Shown here: positions 59,440 through 64,000 of the stretch, one piece after another
Layout: each line of letters begins with the position of its first letter
How positions within the stretch are numbered: the stretch's first letter is position 1
Assembly (NCBI RefSeq): GCF_009914755.1
Contig: NC_060930.1
DNA length: 64,000 nucleotides
Reading direction: 5' to 3' (one strand)
Source of the DNA: the human T2T-CHM13v2.0 reference genome, Homo sapiens
Notes under the pieces: generated by a model
What the model saw: the letters and a program-made list of their open reading frames with translations, nothing else
Database searches by the model: none
Told to the model about the DNA's origin: nothing
Made by a program: the position numbers and the translations under genes

Positions 59440-59640
59440 CTTGTGAATTCCCGCTCCACAACTAAACTGTGCCCTGTGACCTTGGGAAATGGCCCTAGTT
59501 TTTCTCAGCCTTCCTTTTCTTATCTGTAAAATAGAGATAAAACTCCCTACCTCATTGGGCTTTTGTGAGGATAGGCTAATATTTGTGAAGTACATAGCAT
59601 GGTGCCTGGTTCCTTAGTCAACTTAGTAGTTCCTGTTAGA
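59440..59640 (+). mobile_element. MIR
   Basis: ctgtgaccttggg...cttatctgtaaaatagagataa...ctacctcattggg...gtgaggat. Confidence 0.7.
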
Positions 59641-59949
59641 AGAAAGCTGTTTAAAGCTTGTCATAAGTTTTTGAAAAGTAAAATTCAGTTTAAAAAATTT
59701 GACAATATTTGTGTGTTAGATTATTATAGTAGGAGAGAGATTTCAAAGACTACTTAAAATATTTTTAATATGTAATTGTACATGGTATAAAATTCAAAAT
59801 GTACAAATGAGAACATAATAAAAAGTATTTGTGTGTGTGTGTATGTACCCTTGTACACATATTTTCTGCATATACTTGTTACATTTTAAATACTGTATCT
59901 TTAGCCTTCTCTCTAATCTCTTGCAAATAGGACTAACTATAGCTCTAGA

Positions 59950-60132
59950 TCAATATTGTCTAGTACTTTCTGTGATGCTGGAAGTATTCTGTATTGTGTG
60001 TTGTCCAATAGAGTAACCACTAGGACATGAGTCTAGAAATGTATTTCTTACAAGTGAATAATTTTAAGTTCAATTTTAACTAAATGTAGTAACTATCGGT
60101 GACTGGCTGGTGGCTACCACATTGAGCAATGC
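59950..60132 (+). mobile_element. MER3-like hAT MITE
   Basis: actttctgtgatgctggaa...tgtccaatagagtaaccactag...gtggctaccacattg. Confidence 0.65.
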
Positions 60133-60290
60133 CATACAAGGTATTTATGTCTTTTTCAAAAGTGTGCATTTTTCAAAAACACATGGATCCCAAATTTTAA
60201 AATTAAGAACAGAGTCATATATAACTGTGAATTTAATACTAATTAAAGCAGTCTGTAGTTCAGTACATTTTAAATTATGTGTGGCTAATA

Positions 60291-61503
60291 TGTAGAAAGC
60301 TGAAACTGGATCCCTTCCTTACACCTTATACAAAAATTAATTCAAGGTGGATTAAAGACTTAAATGTCAGACCTAAAACCATAAAAACCCTAGAAGAAAA
60401 CCTAGGCAATGCCATTCAGGACAGAGGCATGGGCAAGGACTTCATGTCTAAAACACCAAAAGCAATGGCAACAAAAGCCAAAATTGACAAATGGGATCTA
60501 ATTAAACTAAAGAGCTTCTGCACAGCAAAAGAAACTATCATCAGAGTGAACAGGAAACCTACAGAATGGGAGAAAAATTTTGCAATCTACCCATCTGACA
60601 AAGGGCTAATATCCAGAATCTACAAAGAACTCAAACAAATTTACAAGAAAAAAACAACCCCATCAAAAAGTGGGCAAAGGAATGAACAGACACTTCTCAA
60701 AAGAAGACATTTATGCAGCCAACAGACACATGAAAAAATGCTCATCATCACTGGTCATCAGAGAAATGCAAATCAAAATCACAATGAGATACCATCTTAC
60801 GCCAGTTATAATGGCGATCATTAAAAAGTCAGGAAACAACCAATGCTGGAGAGGATGTGGAGAAATAGGAATGCTTTTACACTGTTGGTGGGAGTGTAAA
60901 TTAGTTCAACCATTGTGGAAGTCAGTGTGGCAATTCCTCAAGGATCTAGAACTAGAAATACCATTTGACCCAGCCATCCCATTACTGGGTATATACCCCA
61001 AGGACTATAAATCATGCTGCTATGAAGACACATGCACATGTATGTTTATTGCGGCACTATTCACAATAACAAAGACTTGGAACCAACCCAAATGTCCATC
61101 AATGATAGACTGGATTAAGAAAATATGGCACGTATACACCATGGAATACCATGCAGCCATAAAAAAGGATGAGTTCATATCCTTTACAGGGACATGAATG
61201 AAGCTGGAAACCATCATTCTCAGCAAACTATCACAAGGACAGAAAACCAAACACCGAATGTTCTCACTCATAGGTGGGAATTGAACGATGAGAACACTTG
61301 GATACAGGGTAGGGAACATCACACACTGGAGCCTGTCGGGGGGTGGTGGTTGGGGGATGGATAGCATTAGGAGAAATACCTAATGTAAATGACGAGTTGA
61401 TGGGTGCAGCAAACCAACATGGCACATGTATACTTATGTAACAAACCTGCATGTTGTGCACAAGTACCCTAGGACTTAAAGTATAATAAAAAATAAATAA
61501 ATA
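60291..61503 (+). mobile_element. 5'-truncated L1PA (L1PA6-like): end of ORF2 (frameshifted) + 3' UTR + A tail
   Basis: ORF2p peptides [22 protein letters not shown] and CCHC motif [18 protein letters not shown]; 14-bp TSD atgtgtggctaata at 60277-60290 and 61504-61517. Confidence 0.95.
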
Positions 61504-61641
61504 ATGTGTGGCTAATAAACTTTATTTTAAAATCAAATACCTTAAATAAGAAGATGGGAGTTCATTTTGGAGACCATGCTGCTAATCAGAGAAAGCTGTG
61601 AAATGGCTGTTTGTAGAAGAGCACATCTCAACCAAATCAGA

Positions 61642-61699
61642 ACATTTAAATCAACTTAAAGTGGAAAAATTCAGAAGATTAAGAAGCAGCATATCTCAG
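61642..61699 (+). repeat. 58-bp direct copy of 63311-63368
   Basis: 57/58 identical; flanked by direct repeat tcagaacat (61637-61645, 61696-61704). Confidence 0.92.
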
Positions 61700-63784
61700 A
61701 ACATGGGCTCATTTATCCATTAATTTATTCAAGAAATATTTACTGAGTACCTAATGTGTGCCATGTAAGAAAGGAACTTGCCCAAGACCCTGGCTTTGCT
61801 TACTGCCAGTGCCCCAAACTCATTTCCTTTTGTAAAAGAAAAAGCTTCAGAAGAAAACCCGTTTTCATTCAGCTACTACAAATGATTTCTTTAGCAGGAG
61901 CCCCTTGCTCACTTCTGCAGTCAGTCGGCTAACTCTGGGCTGGAACACTAGTAGGGAAAAAGTGAAGTATGTGTGCATTCTACAAGTGCCTACACCATTA
62001 TAATATAAAAAAGCCAAGAGATTCCAGAATTTAAAAAAGCTCTTTAATATTCCTTTATGGAAAGGTATAAATAAGAAGCTCGCAATCATGGTATCAAGCC
62101 ACATTGCCTCATTCTTCTGCCCTTGGGGAAGCCCATAGCGTAATTTGTCTTTTCTTTTGGCTTTCACCTTGCCTTCCCCAAACAGTGATTGCTTCTTATG
62201 TTAGCATTGCATTTGTTCTAAGTCTTATTCTTTTTTTGCACTTTGAAAATTTTCTGTTATGACATGTTTTGTTTTCATAATAAAAGAAGAAAAATATAAT
62301 ATCATAAAACGTAGTCCAGGCCACAGAGATGATGAAAGCCTGACAAAGCAGAGATTATGAAGAGAAGGTAAACTGGAGTGGGAAAGATAGGATTAGAAGA
62401 TAGAATTGACAAGTCTTGACTACAATTTAAAACACCTGTTTTATGTAATTGTGATGTATTTTAAAGAAATACAAATGCAAAATAAAGGTTTTGGGTTTTT
62501 TTCCCACTTGTACTCACAGCAATCAAATCTTAAATGTACTTCATTATTTTTCAGTCACTCATCATTTAAGATGATTTGCCAAGTGTATTTTTAGTCCACA
62601 GTATAAAATCAGTCTATATTTGAGGTCATGAAAAATGCTTAGATGAAATAATGGGAGTTCATTTTTCTGCAAGACCAATTTTTTTCAGTTTATCTTAAGT
62701 TAATGATAGCAAATCCGTATTGTGAGACTATCTTAACAAGATAGATATTGACGTAAAAACAAAAGGTAAGGACTGAAAGATTAAAGCCCTGAAAAGGAAT
62801 GCTTGAAGAGCATTAACTATACCAAATTTCTCAGGTTGGCAGCTATTCTCCTTTGTAAAAAGTGTTAGAAATTGATCTCTATACTTGGAAGGAAGGATTT
62901 TACAGAGGGCTTCCAGAAACACATCTGATTTCCAGTTGCAAGATCAGAATATTCTAGTTATATTGATAATCTCCAGAGAAACAAAGTCTCATGAGTACTT
63001 TAGTCAAAACAAAAGATTATCTGATTGTAGAATTTCTAAGGTATTAAATGGTACTCTGCTGTTAAACAACTTTGGGATTGCTATTTTCTAGCTTTTTTTC
63101 TGAAGTAACAACTGTGTTTGGCTATATGTGTTGATAATAATAGTCTGTGTAGAAAAGGGAGAAAAAGAATAAAACAATGTATCCCATTTTGTTATTTCCA
63201 TGAGTGAAAATGAGTCTCTAATGAGATGTCCCCAAACAGTGCTGCCGTTCATCAAAGCACATGCCCCAGATCTGAGTGAGTTTAATTATCGTGGGGACAG
63301 TGAAAGGAGGACATTTAAATCAACTTAAAGTGGAAAAATTCAAAAGATTAAGAAGCAGCATATCTCAGGCTGCATAGAACTAATATTAGTATTTGACATC
63401 TCTTTTCATCTAGAAGGAATCACCTTCGGAAGGGGGCAACAAAGTTAATCCCAAACATGTTTTTGATCAGCCAATACATCAGAATCAGCCCATCATTTTG
63501 GAGAAAGAGATGAGCTCTCTGCATAGATAAGCCTCCCAATGTAAAGAGACAAGCTCTGTGTGGTATCTAGATTGCTGCAGAATAATTTGAGCCTCACGCA
63601 GGACTTTTGATCAGAAGAGAAATTTTGATCAGGAGAGAAATTGTTTTATTAGGGGCATTATCTGAATTTTGCTAGAGCAACCTACTCCTTTACCAGAAAA
63701 ATAAGTTAAAATCAGGATAGAAAATAATATGTTTAATGAAAATAATTCCTTTTTATGAGTCTCCAATTGTTTGGTGATTTTTGG

Positions 63785-64000
63785 TTATTTTTTTATTATT
63801 AATTATATGATTATTTCAATAGCTTTGGTGGTACAAGTGGTTTTTGGTTATGTGGATGAATCATATAGTGGTGGAGTCTGAAATGTTAGTGCACCTGTCA
63901 ACTGAGTAATGTACATTGTACCCAATATGTAGTTTTTTATCCCTCAGCCACATCCCACCCTCCTCTGGTCCATTATCATACTATATGTTTTTGCATCCTC
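63785..64000 (-). mobile_element. L1PB-like 3' end (continues beyond the window)
   Basis: atttcaatagcttt...acaagtggtttttggtta..tggatgaa..tatagtggtg...ttagtgcacc. Confidence 0.7.

Noticed and set aside
60279-61197. 181 and 175 aa ORFs
   Set aside because: Frameshifted C-terminal remnant of L1 ORF2p in a 5'-truncated element; not a host gene.

Overview
Primate (most likely human) genomic DNA covering the 5' part of NCOA7 (nuclear receptor coactivator 7, TLDc family) on the + strand. It contains a CpG-island promoter (~3010-4010), a non-coding first exon ending at a donor at about 3744, a ~24 kb first intron, and exon 2 (27968-28081), which carries the start codon and encodes MDTKEEKKERKQSYFAR. 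The next coding exon was not found, so the last ~36 kb is intron. The rest is typical mammalian repeat content: about 20 Alus, L1PA/L1M/L1PB and L2 fragments, MIRs, MaLR/ERV solo LTRs, and MER2/MER3/MER20/Tigger3 DNA transposons. Nearly all ORFs in the supplied track are Alu, L1 or low-complexity artefacts. I see no new multi-gene system. The strongest unexplained structure is a 240-bp, ~96% identical non-Alu inverted duplication (22633-22872 vs 24476-24715), inserted into a nested palindrome with a 21-bp target-site duplication and predicted to form a long dsRNA stem in the pre-mRNA. A second locally templated 58-bp insertion (61642 vs 63311) has the same signature. Other candidates are recursive-splice-like AG|GT sites, uORFs tied to the exon-1 donor, an Alu-arm fold-back, and a 59-T Alu tail. 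Repeat subfamily names and boundaries were judged by eye and are approximate.
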